Shown here one piece after another: positions 52,383 through 61,664 of a stretch of 64,000 nt of DNA. The position numbers were made by a program, and so were the translations under genes. The first letter of the stretch is position 1, and each line of letters begins with the position of its first letter. The stretch lies in NCBI GenBank assembly GCA_015056305.1, contig SVGO01000001.1, positions 1,602 to 65,601 on the forward strand. Reading direction: 5' to 3'. A model generated the notes under the pieces. That model saw nothing but the letters and a program-made list of their open reading frames with translations, was not told the origin of the DNA and did no database searches. The DNA is from Clostridiales bacterium. GTDB taxonomy: Bacteria > Bacillota > Clostridia > Christensenellales > Aristaeellaceae.

Positions 52383-53360
52383 TCACACGCGCTCGCCCGC
52401 GCCGATCTTGCGCGCGCGCTTCCAGAGCGCGTCTTTTTTGGTCACGATGCGCTGCTTCTTTTCGCCGGCTTCGCACAGGGTGAGCGCGATACGGCCCGGC
52501 GCGATCAGCGGATGGCGCAAAACCCGTGCGGCGCAGGGAGCCTCCGGCGCTTCGCGCGTCAAGGCAAGATAGCAGTATTTCTCGTCTTCGTAAGGTGCGT
52601 CTCCGCCCTTGAGCTGCTTGTGCAGCCGCGTGCGCTGCACGCGTACGGCAAAGTGACACCAATCGTCCCCGGTCATCGGGCAATTGATCGATCCGGCGGG
52701 GCACGGCGCAGCCGCATGCGCGCCCAGCGCAGTCAGTTCCCGGCGCACGGCCGCCAGATTGGCAAAGCCCTGCGGCGTGCCCGGCTCAATAAGCACAAGC
52801 ATCTTTTCGCTCGCCTCCCAGAGCCTGCGCGCGACCGGCAGGCGCATGTCCTCGCGCAGCTCGCCGAGCATGTAACCCTCGACCACCAGCTCAGCCTTGG
52901 GCAGCGCCGCCTGCGCCGTCAGATCGCACGGGGCCCACTGCGCCCTGGAAAGCGCACCGCTGCCCGCACGCATCAGCGTGCTGCCGACGCTGCGCATCGC
53001 GTCCTCGCGCTCAAGGCAGGTGATCGCATCCAGATCGAGCAATTCTGCCGCCGCCCACGTTGCCGCGCCCGTGCCCGCGCCGCAGTCCAGCAGCGTGCGC
53101 GGCGCAAGGCCGCTCGCCTCCAGCGCCTGCAAAATCGCCTCGCGCGCCGCTTCAAACGTCGCCGGCATGCGCGCAGCCGCATACGCCGCCGCCTCGCCCT
53201 CGCGCGTGAGCAGGCGGCTGCCTGTCCCCGTTTTCATCCGGTAATTCTCGCTGATCGTCTTCGCGTCACGCTCCAGCTGTGCATTTTCCCTGCCTGCAAG
53301 CAGCGCCTCCAGCGCATTCGTCAGTTCCTGAGGAAACAATTGATCGTCCGTCCTTTCCAT
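52383..53360 (-). CDS. Rsm22-like class I SAM methyltransferase
   Basis: LLDCGAGTGAATWAA motif I. C-terminal Cys cluster CPAGSINCP...C. Confidence 0.6.
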   Translation of the reverse strand: MERTDDQLFPQELTNALEALLAGRENAQLERDAKTISENYRMKTGTGSRLLTREGEAAAYAAARMPATFEAAREAILQALEASGLAPRTLLDCGAGTGAATWAAAELLDLDAITCLEREDAMRSVGSTLMRAGSGALSRAQWAPCDLTAQAALPKAELVVEGYMLGELREDMRLPVARRLWEASEKMLVLIEPGTPQGFANLAAVRRELTALGAHAAAPCPAGSINCPMTGDDWCHFAVRVQRTRLHKQLKGGDAPYEDEKYCYLALTREAPEAPCAARVLRHPLIAPGRIALTLCEAGEKKQRIVTKKDALWKRARKIGAGERV

Positions 53361-54270
53361 TGCTCAGCGCGCGCATCGCGCGTTCCACGCGCGGCATCAC
53401 ATCCTTGCCCCGCGAGGTGAGATAGTCATAGGCAATCGTTTGCACTTCGCCATCCGGCGTGAGGTTGTACTGCATCGAGCGCATCCCAACCGGATCATGC
53501 ACAAGAAACACCCAGAGAGCCGCCCGCTCGCGCGTGAGCTCCGCACGCAGCACGGCGAGGATTTCTTCCAGCTTTTCCTGCGTCATCGCGTCCGTCTGCA
53601 AATAAGTCGACAGCACGCGCCTCTCGCCGAACGCATAGGCTTTTCTGCCCAGCATCGCCAGCTCACGCGCTGGCAGGCTCATATCCATCAGGCCCATGCC
53701 CTCCCGTCTGAGCCAGGCTTCGTCCAGAGAAAGCCGCCTTGCCTCTCGCTCGCCCCAGGCTGCCTCTTCCTTGGTGATTTTCGCGCTCTTCAGCGCGATC
53801 GTATCCAGATAGAGCGCGGTGATCGCCAGACGCTCGTCCTCCTGCGTCACACTTACGCCCGCCTCCTGCAACAGCCGCAGCACGATCACGGCGCATGCAC
53901 CGCTGTCCTCAATCTGCGCATACGGGATATCCGGCGGATAGTCCGTCGGATGGTGGTCCACGCAGGCAACGACTGTGCCCGCCCGCGTGCTCTGATGATG
54001 ATCGACGAGGATCTGCTGATCGCCGTCCTTTGTTTCGCCAGTCATGGCCGTGATGTCCACGCCGAATCGCATCAGCACGCGCCGGGACTGCCGGTCCGGC
54101 GCACGGAGCACGATTTCGCACGGAATATTCCATGCGGCAAGCAATCGCTGCATCAGCACGCAGCTGATCACGCTGTCCACATCCGCGCCGTCGTGGCCCG
54201 TGATCACCAGGCGGCCGCGCTGCGCGGCGCGCGAAAGAATTGCGTGGAGACGCTCTGTTCTTTGACTCAT
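53266..54270 (-). CDS. DHH-family phosphoesterase (NrnA-like)
   Basis: GHDGADVDS, VDHH and GACA motifs. Confidence 0.75.
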   Translation of the reverse strand: MSQRTERLHAILSRAAQRGRLVITGHDGADVDSVISCVLMQRLLAAWNIPCEIVLRAPDRQSRRVLMRFGVDITAMTGETKDGDQQILVDHHQSTRAGTVVACVDHHPTDYPPDIPYAQIEDSGACAVIVLRLLQEAGVSVTQEDERLAITALYLDTIALKSAKITKEEAAWGEREARRLSLDEAWLRREGMGLMDMSLPARELAMLGRKAYAFGERRVLSTYLQTDAMTQEKLEEILAVLRAELTRERAALWVFLVHDPVGMRSMQYNLTPDGEVQTIAYDYLTSRGKDVMPRVERAMRALSNGKDGRSIVSSGTDECAGGAACRQGKCTAGA

Positions 54271-54288
54271 GGTTTTCTCCTCGGAACT

Positions 54289-54365
54289 GGGGGTTACGCC
54301 GGGCGGCTGCCCGGACCCGCTTGAGGGATTTCATCCCTCAAACTCCCTTCTTCGCTTCGCGGCGG
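54289..54365. repeat. solo triple-hairpin REP arm
   Basis: Near-identical in its 3' two-thirds to arm 61071-61149 (cgcttgagggatttcatccctcaaactccctt...cgcttcgcggcgg). Confidence 0.7.
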
Positions 54366-54380
54366 CTAAAAGCTGCTTTG

Positions 54381-54402
54381 AAAAAAGCGGGCTGCGCCCG
54401 CT
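54381..54402 (-). terminator. intrinsic terminator after the CapA-like gene
   Basis: Minus strand reads agcgggc-gca-gcccgct followed by tttttt. Confidence 0.7.
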
Positions 54403-54409
54403 TTATGGT

Positions 54410-55600
54410 TTAGTAGGTGGTTGTCCACTCGGTTGGATAGCCGCTTACAGCCGCCACACCGGTGGATTTGAAGTTCTTTTCCAGCTTCGTATTGAGCTCC
54501 AGCAAGCGGTCGACGATCGCGGCGCTGTGTTCATCCGTTGCCGGTGTCGGCTTGAAATCGTTCACCTTCTCCTGCGAGGAGATGGAGCACGGCACGATGC
54601 GGAATCCCTCGTTTTCCACGATGCCTGTCTGCGGATAGACGCGCCATCGCTGCTGAAAGATATAGGTATCCATATCGTCCGGGCGGGTATTGCCTGCGAA
54701 CGAGAAATTGCCCAGCGAATAGCAGATATACCTGCCCTTGTATTCCTCAATCGGGTTGATGCGGTGGCTGTGATGGCCGATCACCAGATCCGCACCGGCA
54801 TCGATCGTCGCGCGGCCCAGCGGCACCTGGCGCTCATTGGGCACATAGTCCTTTTCCTCGCCCCAGTGATAGGAGACGATCACCAGCTCGCAGCCAGCGT
54901 CGCGCAGCGCCTGAATATCGCCCTCGATGGATTCGTAGATATTGGCGTAATTGCCGTTAAACGTCTGATAGGAGAGCATGCCGATGTCCACGCCGGTCTC
55001 GGTCGTGAAGATGCTGCTGCCCAGATGGCCGCTGTAGAGGATGCCCGCACCATGGAGCGCCTGGCAGGTGTCCTCATAGCCCTGCTCGCCGTGGTCCATG
55101 ATGTGGTTGTTTTCCAGCGACACCGCTTCCACGCTGCCGGAGGTTAGCACCTGCACATACTCCGGCGGCGCGGCAAAGGAGAAGGAATTCTGCGTCTTGC
55201 TCTTGGTCGTGGTCAGCGTGCCTTCGAAATTGACGAGCGTCATGTCGTCCGCCTCAAAGATCGCGCGCGTGTTTTCAAACGGAAAATCAAGTCCCGACGG
55301 CTCAAGCTCCAGCTGCTTGTCAAAGATATTCTTGCCGCTCTTGCGCCTGTCGCCGCCGATGGTCACATCGCCCGTCGCCGAGATGGTCACGATCACCGAG
55401 CCGTCGTCCTGATAGCGCCAGTCGCTGCCATCCTCCCGCTCGTACCAGGGGCGCGTGTCAAACACGGCGTCCTCCCAGGTCTCTGCCACGGGCGGCTCGC
55501 CGCCCTCAAACAGCGACAGATCGAGCATCTCTCCCATGGCGCACGCAGGGATCAGCAGCGCCATCAGCAGCGCAAGCATGCACAGCAGTCTCGTGTTCAT
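54410..55600 (-). CDS. CapA/PGA_cap-family metallophosphatase-like exported protein
   Basis: Signal peptide. SYHWGEE and GHHSHR motifs. Confidence 0.8.
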   Translation of the reverse strand: MNTRLLCMLALLMALLIPACAMGEMLDLSLFEGGEPPVAETWEDAVFDTRPWYEREDGSDWRYQDDGSVIVTISATGDVTIGGDRRKSGKNIFDKQLELEPSGLDFPFENTRAIFEADDMTLVNFEGTLTTTKSKTQNSFSFAAPPEYVQVLTSGSVEAVSLENNHIMDHGEQGYEDTCQALHGAGILYSGHLGSSIFTTETGVDIGMLSYQTFNGNYANIYESIEGDIQALRDAGCELVIVSYHWGEEKDYVPNERQVPLGRATIDAGADLVIGHHSHRINPIEEYKGRYICYSLGNFSFAGNTRPDDMDTYIFQQRWRVYPQTGIVENEGFRIVPCSISSQEKVNDFKPTPATDEHSAAIVDRLLELNTKLEKNFKSTGVAAVSGYPTEWTTTY

Positions 55601-55636
55601 CGTGTGTTTCTCCCATGATTGTATCCGGATCGTAGT

Positions 55637-56506
55637 TTACGGATTGTTCAGCAGTTCGTGGAATTTAACGCGGTTGCTCTTCCATCGCACATCCAGCGCG
55701 GAGGAATCGCCGACGGTGCCGTAGGAATACATGCCCTTTTGTGGAATGCTGAATTCCACAAAGTCCGCATCCCCGTTCATCAGCGCATAGCCCTTCGAAA
55801 TTGCGCCAAGGATATCCATCGCCGAGAGGTTCATCTTCATGCCGGAGGACACCTGATTGTACACGCCCACCAGCTCCAGCAGCGACAGATCGCGGCACTT
55901 GCCAAAGAGCTGCCCGACGACCTTGCGCTGGCGCTCAGTCCGGCTGAAATCGCCGCCGGAGCCCGTCGCGCGCGTGCGCATATAGGCCAGCGCGATGCGG
56001 CCGGTCATGTGCGTCATGCCGGGGCCCTTGGGCATATTGGGGTCCTGTCCCATCAGGATGCTCCTGATCGCCAGATATTCCGCCTCGTCGATCTCGATAT
56101 CCACGCCGCCCAGCGCGTCGATCACTGGCTTGACATGCTCAAAATTGATGAGCACCGCGCCCGTGATCTCGATATCCAGCTCCCGCTCAAGGCTTCCGAT
56201 GATGCCGTCGAAGCCATGATAGCGATAGAGCAGATTGGCCTTGGTATCATTGCCGTTGGGGTTTCTGATCTTGCTGTCGCGCAGCACGGAGGTCATGATC
56301 ACGCGATTGTATTTTTCGTCCAGGGTCACGATCACGATGGTGTCCGTGCGCGCATCCTCAACGATTTCCTCCGCATAGCCATCCTGGCCAAGAAGCAGAT
56401 AGTGCGTCAGCTGTGTGTTTTCCTCCGCCGCTGCCGTTTCGCCCAGCGCCCATGCAGGCACAAGAGAAAGAAGGACAAGCAGGACGGGAATGATGCGTCT
56501 GATCAT
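55637..56506 (-). CDS. LytR-CpsA-Psr (LCP) family protein
   Basis: N-terminal TM segment. LLLGQD...RTDTIVIVTL...SVLRDS. Confidence 0.8.
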   Translation of the reverse strand: MIRRIIPVLLVLLSLVPAWALGETAAAEENTQLTHYLLLGQDGYAEEIVEDARTDTIVIVTLDEKYNRVIMTSVLRDSKIRNPNGNDTKANLLYRYHGFDGIIGSLERELDIEITGAVLINFEHVKPVIDALGGVDIEIDEAEYLAIRSILMGQDPNMPKGPGMTHMTGRIALAYMRTRATGSGGDFSRTERQRKVVGQLFGKCRDLSLLELVGVYNQVSSGMKMNLSAMDILGAISKGYALMNGDADFVEFSIPQKGMYSYGTVGDSSALDVRWKSNRVKFHELLNNP

Positions 56507-56591
56507 GATGATGGGCCTCCGGCCAAGCGTTCTTCAAGCATTCTTCATCCAATAAACGAATGAAACAGGGATTTTCTTCCCGTTGTGGTCT

Positions 56592-57818
56592 TTATACAAA
56601 CAGCGCGCGCAGAAGCATCGGGCCTTCCTCAAGGAAATCGCCTGTCTGACGGGCATGCTCCTCGTCAAACTTGCGCATCTCGCCCTTCTCACGGCTGTCG
56701 TAGATCGCAAACGGCACGGGATTGCCGTCGTGACCGCGAGTAGCAAGCAGCGTCGGATGATCCGAGAGGATCAGGATGCGATGCTCGGGATCAACGCCCG
56801 GCAGGCGCTCGAGCAGGGGCTTTACCACCCGGCTGTCCAGACGCCTGATCGCCTCGCACTTGCCCTCCACGTCGCCGCCGTGGGCGCATTCGTCCGGCGC
56901 CTCCACATGGATGCAGCAGAAGTCTGCGCCGCCTTCAAGCGCCGCGATCACCGCGTCCACCTTGCCCTCGTAGTTGGTGTTCAGCTCGGCGTTCGCGCCT
57001 TCCACGCGCGGGGTATCCACGCCGCAGAGATTGGCAATGCCCCAGACCAGCGGCACCGCGGAAACCGCGCTGCCCTTCTTCTGATAGAGGGAATCGAACG
57101 ATTCAAGGCTCATCGCCGCACCCGGGCCCCACGGCCAGATGCAGTTGGCGGCGAGCTTGCCCTCAGCCTTTCGCTTCACGTTCACCGGATGATCGCGCAG
57201 GATCTCAAAGGACGCGCGCATCAGCGCCGTCAGCTCCGCGCCCAGCTCCCCCTTGGGCATATAGCCCGCCACGTCGCTGCCCAGGATGTTGTGCGGCTCA
57301 GTAAAGCACATCTTCGCCCTGTCCGGCTCATGCGCTGCGTCGATCACGCCGGTATGACGGAAGGTCGGCGTCACATGAATCGTAAAGCCGATCGCCGCCG
57401 CCAGCGAGCCAAATCGCGGATCGGCGCACAGATCCTCCATAAGCTGCACGGCCTCTTCGCCCTCGATGCTGCCGCCGTTGTGGGAGAGGATCTTCGCCGT
57501 GTCAAAGCTGTCGCCCTCCAGCGCGCAGAGATTGACGCGCAGGCTCGTTTCGCCCGGCTGGATCACCACGCCCATGCCAGCCGCCTCTAAGGCCGAGCGG
57601 CCGGTGTAGCAGGTGCGCGGGTCATAGCCGAAGATCGAGAGGATCGCCGTGTCGCTGCCCGCGCTCACGCCATGGGGAACGGTCTGACACATGCCAAGCC
57701 TGCCGCCGGCCAGGGTATTCATATATGGACAGTCGAGCGCGGCCAGCGGGGTCTTTCCGCCCAGCTGCTCAACCGGTTCGTCTGCGATGCCATCGCCGAT
57801 GATGAGCACATACTTCAT
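56592..57818 (-). CDS. apgM: cofactor-independent phosphoglycerate mutase, archaeal-type (ApgM family)
   Basis: The ATG at 57818 gives MKYVLIIGDGIADEP...GGKTPL. 408 aa. Confidence 0.75.
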   Translation of the reverse strand: MKYVLIIGDGIADEPVEQLGGKTPLAALDCPYMNTLAGGRLGMCQTVPHGVSAGSDTAILSIFGYDPRTCYTGRSALEAAGMGVVIQPGETSLRVNLCALEGDSFDTAKILSHNGGSIEGEEAVQLMEDLCADPRFGSLAAAIGFTIHVTPTFRHTGVIDAAHEPDRAKMCFTEPHNILGSDVAGYMPKGELGAELTALMRASFEILRDHPVNVKRKAEGKLAANCIWPWGPGAAMSLESFDSLYQKKGSAVSAVPLVWGIANLCGVDTPRVEGANAELNTNYEGKVDAVIAALEGGADFCCIHVEAPDECAHGGDVEGKCEAIRRLDSRVVKPLLERLPGVDPEHRILILSDHPTLLATRGHDGNPVPFAIYDSREKGEMRKFDEEHARQTGDFLEEGPMLLRALFV

Positions 57819-58078
57819 AAATCTGCGCCTCCAGCGCCGCGCATGACGCGGCATTTTGGTCTATTATACCGCAATTCCCCTGATCAATCAATGCCCTTGC
57901 GTTTTCCGGGCGGTCATCATGCGCCGCAAAGGTACATAGACTGATATCGTCAGCGCGCACACAGGAAAAAAACGTATAAACCGCCTTCGCCATGTACATC
58001 CTTATATGTAGAAGCGGCCCTTTGCGGGGCTGCGATTCCCCGCTGGCTGCGGGATCAGACCCAAGGAGGGACCAGAAG

Positions 58079-58975
58079 ATGGAGATGTCCTCAAGCCGCA
58101 TCAGGCAGGACGAACCCGCTGCGATCCGCCGCCCGGTTCGCGGGCCGCACGGCGGCTGGCAGAAAAGCGAGATTGACGCGCTGAAGGCGCGCATTGACGA
58201 GGCTGAGAAAAACGGCGAATCGCTGCGCAGCGTATTCGACCGGCTCGCCCTGGAGCTGGGCAGAAAACCCAACAGCATCCGCAACTTCTACTACGCTCAG
58301 CTGCGCACGCAGTCCGGCGAGGGCATGGGCCGCGCGCTGCCGTTTGAAACCTTCTCGCCCGATGAGGTGGAGAGCCTGCTGCGCAGCGTGCTCGCCTCCC
58401 GCGCGCAGGGCATGAGCGTGCGCGCCTGCGTGCGCAAGCTCTCCGGCGGCGACAGGACGCTGATGCTGCGCTATCAGAACAAATACCGCTCCACCGTCCG
58501 CACACGCCCGGAGCTGGTGCGCAAGGTGATGGACGATCTCGCGCAGGAGGGCATCCCCTATGTGAGCCCCTATGCCGCCGAGGCCGTCGAGCAGCAGGAG
58601 TCGATGGCGCGCATGCAGCGCCAGGCGGAGCGCTCCGGCGACGCGCAGCTTGTGCAGCTGTTCGCCTCGCTGGATCACCTGCTCTCCCTGGCGCTCAGCC
58701 CCAAAGACGAGCAGGCGCCTCATGCTGCGGACAGCGACGTCCAGCGCCGCGCCGACAGGCTCAGCGCGCAGTGCGATATGCTGCGCATCTCCCTGGACGA
58801 TGAGCTTATGCGCCGCGAAAACCTTGCGCGCGAAGCCGGCAGCATGGTCACGCTGATCAAAGAATACATCGCGCTGCCCGCCTGTGAGCGCGCTGCGCAT
58901 ACCGATCTTTTCTGCCGCCAGGCAGCCGAGCGGCTCAGCGCCGTGGAATGCGCGCTGATGCCGGAAAGTGTATGA
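58079..58975 (+). CDS. Myb/SANT-like DNA-binding protein (RsfA-like)
   Basis: The ATG at 58079 follows AAGGAGGG. GGWQKSEIDALKARI...NSIRNFYYAQLR. Confidence 0.4.
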   Translation: MEMSSSRIRQDEPAAIRRPVRGPHGGWQKSEIDALKARIDEAEKNGESLRSVFDRLALELGRKPNSIRNFYYAQLRTQSGEGMGRALPFETFSPDEVESLLRSVLASRAQGMSVRACVRKLSGGDRTLMLRYQNKYRSTVRTRPELVRKVMDDLAQEGIPYVSPYAAEAVEQQESMARMQRQAERSGDAQLVQLFASLDHLLSLALSPKDEQAPHAADSDVQRRADRLSAQCDMLRISLDDELMRRENLAREAGSMVTLIKEYIALPACERAAHTDLFCRQAAERLSAVECALMPESV

Positions 58976-59074
58976 ATATAACCGGACCTGCGTCCGGTTT
59001 CTTTTTTTTGCACAGAAGACCGTGCCATTTCACATGCAAAAGCCGGGCGGATTTCTCCGTCCGGCCTGCTTGTA

Positions 59075-60586
59075 TCACTCAAAGCAATAGTCTTCCTCGC
59101 GCTTATCACGCTTCATCGCCGCATACAGGCACGCCACCGTCACCAGCAGCAGCACGCCCGCCCAGAATACGCCGTTCCAGTCGGCGCGGGTGAGGCCGAG
59201 CACCGTCTGCGGATGCACGCTCAGCGCCACTGCCTCGCCCAGCTGCGTCTGTTCTTCGTTCACGCTCCATGCCAGCGCCGCGCCGAGCATCTGCTGCGTC
59301 ATTCTGCCCTGGGCGATCTTAGCGCGAACGGGAATCTCGATAATCTGTGTATGGGCGATCACGCCGTCCGCCGTCTGTCTGGCGGCGTCCATGTGCACGT
59401 CGAGGATCAGCGAGCGATCCTGACGCTGCATGACCGTCTTTGCGCCGGCTTCCTCCACGGGGATCGCCTCGCCCACACCGGGCAGCTGACCGTCGTCCTG
59501 CACCGCAGGCACAACCTTTTCTTCCTCGTCGTCATTTTCTTGCAGATCGTCCGCCAGCGTCAGTCCGTCCGGCAGCACGCAGGAGAGCTTCACGTCTGCC
59601 TCCGCCAGACCGCTGTTAACCACCACAATGCTCAGCGCCGTCTCCTCGCCGGTTTCCAGCGTCTCGCGCTCGGTCATCAGCCGTGCGCTGATCTTCGGCC
59701 CGCAGACCTGGATGCGCGGCGCAGATATGCGCTCGCCGCCCGCGCTCACTACAGGCGCAATCAGGCGCTGCGCGTCTGTGTCGCCCTTGAGCGCATCCGA
59801 CGCGATGGTCGCGTCAAACGTGATTTCCTTTTTCGCGGCCGTTTCGCCCTGCGCCGCCGGCACATGCACCATGCCGCTGACCTTGCGTCCCTCGAGCGCA
59901 AACCCCTCCGGCAGTTCCTGCTTGAGCGCCGTTGTCTCTGGCATCGTCATCTCCAGCGCCATATCCTTGGGCGCGTCGCCGGTGTTGACCATCTCCACCC
60001 GATAGGCAAACGCATCGCCCGGATTCAATCTTCCCTGCGTCGTGCCGTCGGCATAGACGCTCACGCTGACGTCCGGCACGCACAGCTGAAGCGGCGTCTG
60101 CGCCCTGTAGAAACGGGTGCCCATCGCCATCTCGCATTCGATCTGCGCCTGTGCGCTCTCGCCGCCCTCCGGCAGCATGAGCTCACGCGTGATCACCGTT
60201 TCGGACGGCGTCATTTCGCCCGTTTCTCCGTCCATCACCGCCGCCGGCAGCACTGCCTCCCACGCCGTATCACCGTCCGCCGCGATATGCTCCGGCAGCC
60301 TGAGCGCAAAGCTCACCTTCGTCTCGTATGGCAGCGGATTGCCCGCCCGGATCGTCAGTGTGGTGCTCTTGCCCTCTTCGATACGCGCGCTGAGCGTCTC
60401 AAGGCTCAGCGTCAGCTCGCGCTGCGCGGCGTCCTTGGCCAGCTGCGCACCCTGATTCAGCCCCTCTCCGATGCTCTCGTATACCTGGGTAAACAGCTCC
60501 GGCAAATCCTGCGCCAGACCCGCCGCCGGCGCCGTCACAAGCAGCAACGCCAGCAGCATCATGTTCCATTTCCTCACTGGGATCAA
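59075..60586 (-). CDS. secreted, C-terminally membrane-anchored repeat (Ig-like) surface protein
   Basis: Signal peptide MMLLALLLVTAPAAGLA. C-terminal TM segment VFWAGVLLLVTVACLY followed by basic residues. Confidence 0.5.
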   Translation of the reverse strand: MIPVRKWNMMLLALLLVTAPAAGLAQDLPELFTQVYESIGEGLNQGAQLAKDAAQRELTLSLETLSARIEEGKSTTLTIRAGNPLPYETKVSFALRLPEHIAADGDTAWEAVLPAAVMDGETGEMTPSETVITRELMLPEGGESAQAQIECEMAMGTRFYRAQTPLQLCVPDVSVSVYADGTTQGRLNPGDAFAYRVEMVNTGDAPKDMALEMTMPETTALKQELPEGFALEGRKVSGMVHVPAAQGETAAKKEITFDATIASDALKGDTDAQRLIAPVVSAGGERISAPRIQVCGPKISARLMTERETLETGEETALSIVVVNSGLAEADVKLSCVLPDGLTLADDLQENDDEEEKVVPAVQDDGQLPGVGEAIPVEEAGAKTVMQRQDRSLILDVHMDAARQTADGVIAHTQIIEIPVRAKIAQGRMTQQMLGAALAWSVNEEQTQLGEAVALSVHPQTVLGLTRADWNGVFWAGVLLLVTVACLYAAMKRDKREEDYCFE

Positions 60587-60655
60587 CCTCCTTGTGCGCC
60601 TTACTCTTGCCTGTTCGCCCAGCGTTTATACCCTTTACGCGCGACATTTGTCCGC

Positions 60656-60708
60656 TTGACAAAGCGCAGCCGCTGCGATAAGATCAATAGACATGAATTG
60701 ATATCAAT
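60656..60708 (+). promoter_or_regulatory. promoter plus palindromic operator upstream of the ArsR-family gene
   Basis: TTGACA (60656-60661), 17 nt, TAAGAT (60679-60684). Perfect palindrome ATTGATATCAAT at 60697-60708. Confidence 0.45.
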
Positions 60709-60725
60709 GTCCATCGGAGGATAGC

Positions 60726-61070
60726 ATGGAAGAGCTGATCTGCAATTGTCCCCCGCCCGAACAGGTGCGCGTGCACATGCCCGGCGATGCGGATATCGCC
60801 GCGCTCGCCGAGTTTTTCCGCATGATCGGCGCGGATACGCGGCTCAAGATCCTGCTCGCGCTCGACAAGAGCGAGCTTTGTGCCGGCGCGCTCGCCAAGA
60901 CGCTGAACATGACGCCCAGCGCCGTCTCCAATCAGCTCAAGGCGCTCAAGGCCGCGCGCCTTGTCACCGTGCGCCGCGAGGGCAAGATGCTCTATTATGC
61001 CCTGGCAGACTGCCATCCGCGCGAGATCATCCATCTGGCGATGAGCCACGTACAGGAGGACGTGGAGTGA
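60726..61070 (+). CDS. ArsR/SmtB-family metalloregulator
   Basis: FFRMIGADTRLKILLAL...ELCAGALAKTLNMTPSAVSNQLKALK. N-terminal Cys pair (ICNC). Confidence 0.85.
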   Translation: MEELICNCPPPEQVRVHMPGDADIAALAEFFRMIGADTRLKILLALDKSELCAGALAKTLNMTPSAVSNQLKALKAARLVTVRREGKMLYYALADCHPREIIHLAMSHVQEDVE

Positions 61071-61296
61071 CGGGGGACGTTAGGGCTGCCGCCCTAAACC
61101 CCGCTTGAGGGATTTCATCCCTCAAACTCCCTTCACCGCTTCGCGGCGGCTTCAAGCAAGAATATAATAAATAAGGACGCAGGAAATATCCTGCGTCCAT
61201 TATTATTGCTTTGTTTCTTAAAACAACCGCGAAGCGGTATAGGGGTTCGGGGACAATGTCCCCGAGCGGGTCCGGGCGGCAGCCCGGCGTCCCCCT
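61071..61296. repeat. composite REP/MITE-like element with the same central hairpin as 46799-46822
   Basis: Arms at 61071-61149 and 61227-61296. Central hairpin ggacgcagga-aata-tcctgcgtcc at 61175-61198. Confidence 0.75.
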
Positions 61297-61298
61297 CG

Positions 61299-61595
61299 TT
61301 ACTCCTCGTCCGCGCCGCCCTCGAGCGCTTCCTCGATGGCTTCCCAGACCTCTTCGGTCTCCTCGATGGTTTCCTCTTCGACGTCGAAGACATCCTCTTC
61401 GCCTTCGAGCACGATGACGTCATCCTCGATGGCATTCTTGGCCTGAATGATCAGCTCCAGGGTATCCACGTCCACGGCGAAGATGGTCTCCGGGGAACCG
61501 GAATGATCCTTGATATAGCGGGCGACGGAGGCCGCCTGCTTGCGGTTCATCTTGAAAACGATCGCGCGATGCTCGCTCTTGACGATTTCTTCCAT
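61299..61595 (-). CDS. acidic hypothetical protein
   Basis: 98 aa with AAGGAG RBS and an E/D-rich C-terminal half. Downstream of the ATPase gene. Confidence 0.5.
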   Translation of the reverse strand: MEEIVKSEHRAIVFKMNRKQAASVARYIKDHSGSPETIFAVDVDTLELIIQAKNAIEDDVIVLEGEEDVFDVEEETIEETEEVWEAIEEALEGGADEE

Positions 61596-61664
61596 GATGA
61601 TAAATCTCCTTTATGTCATGATATGGGTTTAGGATATCACGGCGCATCGGCTCTGTCAAGCGGC

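Noticed and set aside
53266-53360. 95-nt overlap between the DHH phosphoesterase 3' end and the Rsm22-like start
   Set aside because: This is most simply start-site ambiguity or a tolerated overlap. Nothing suggests a frameshift or recoding signal.
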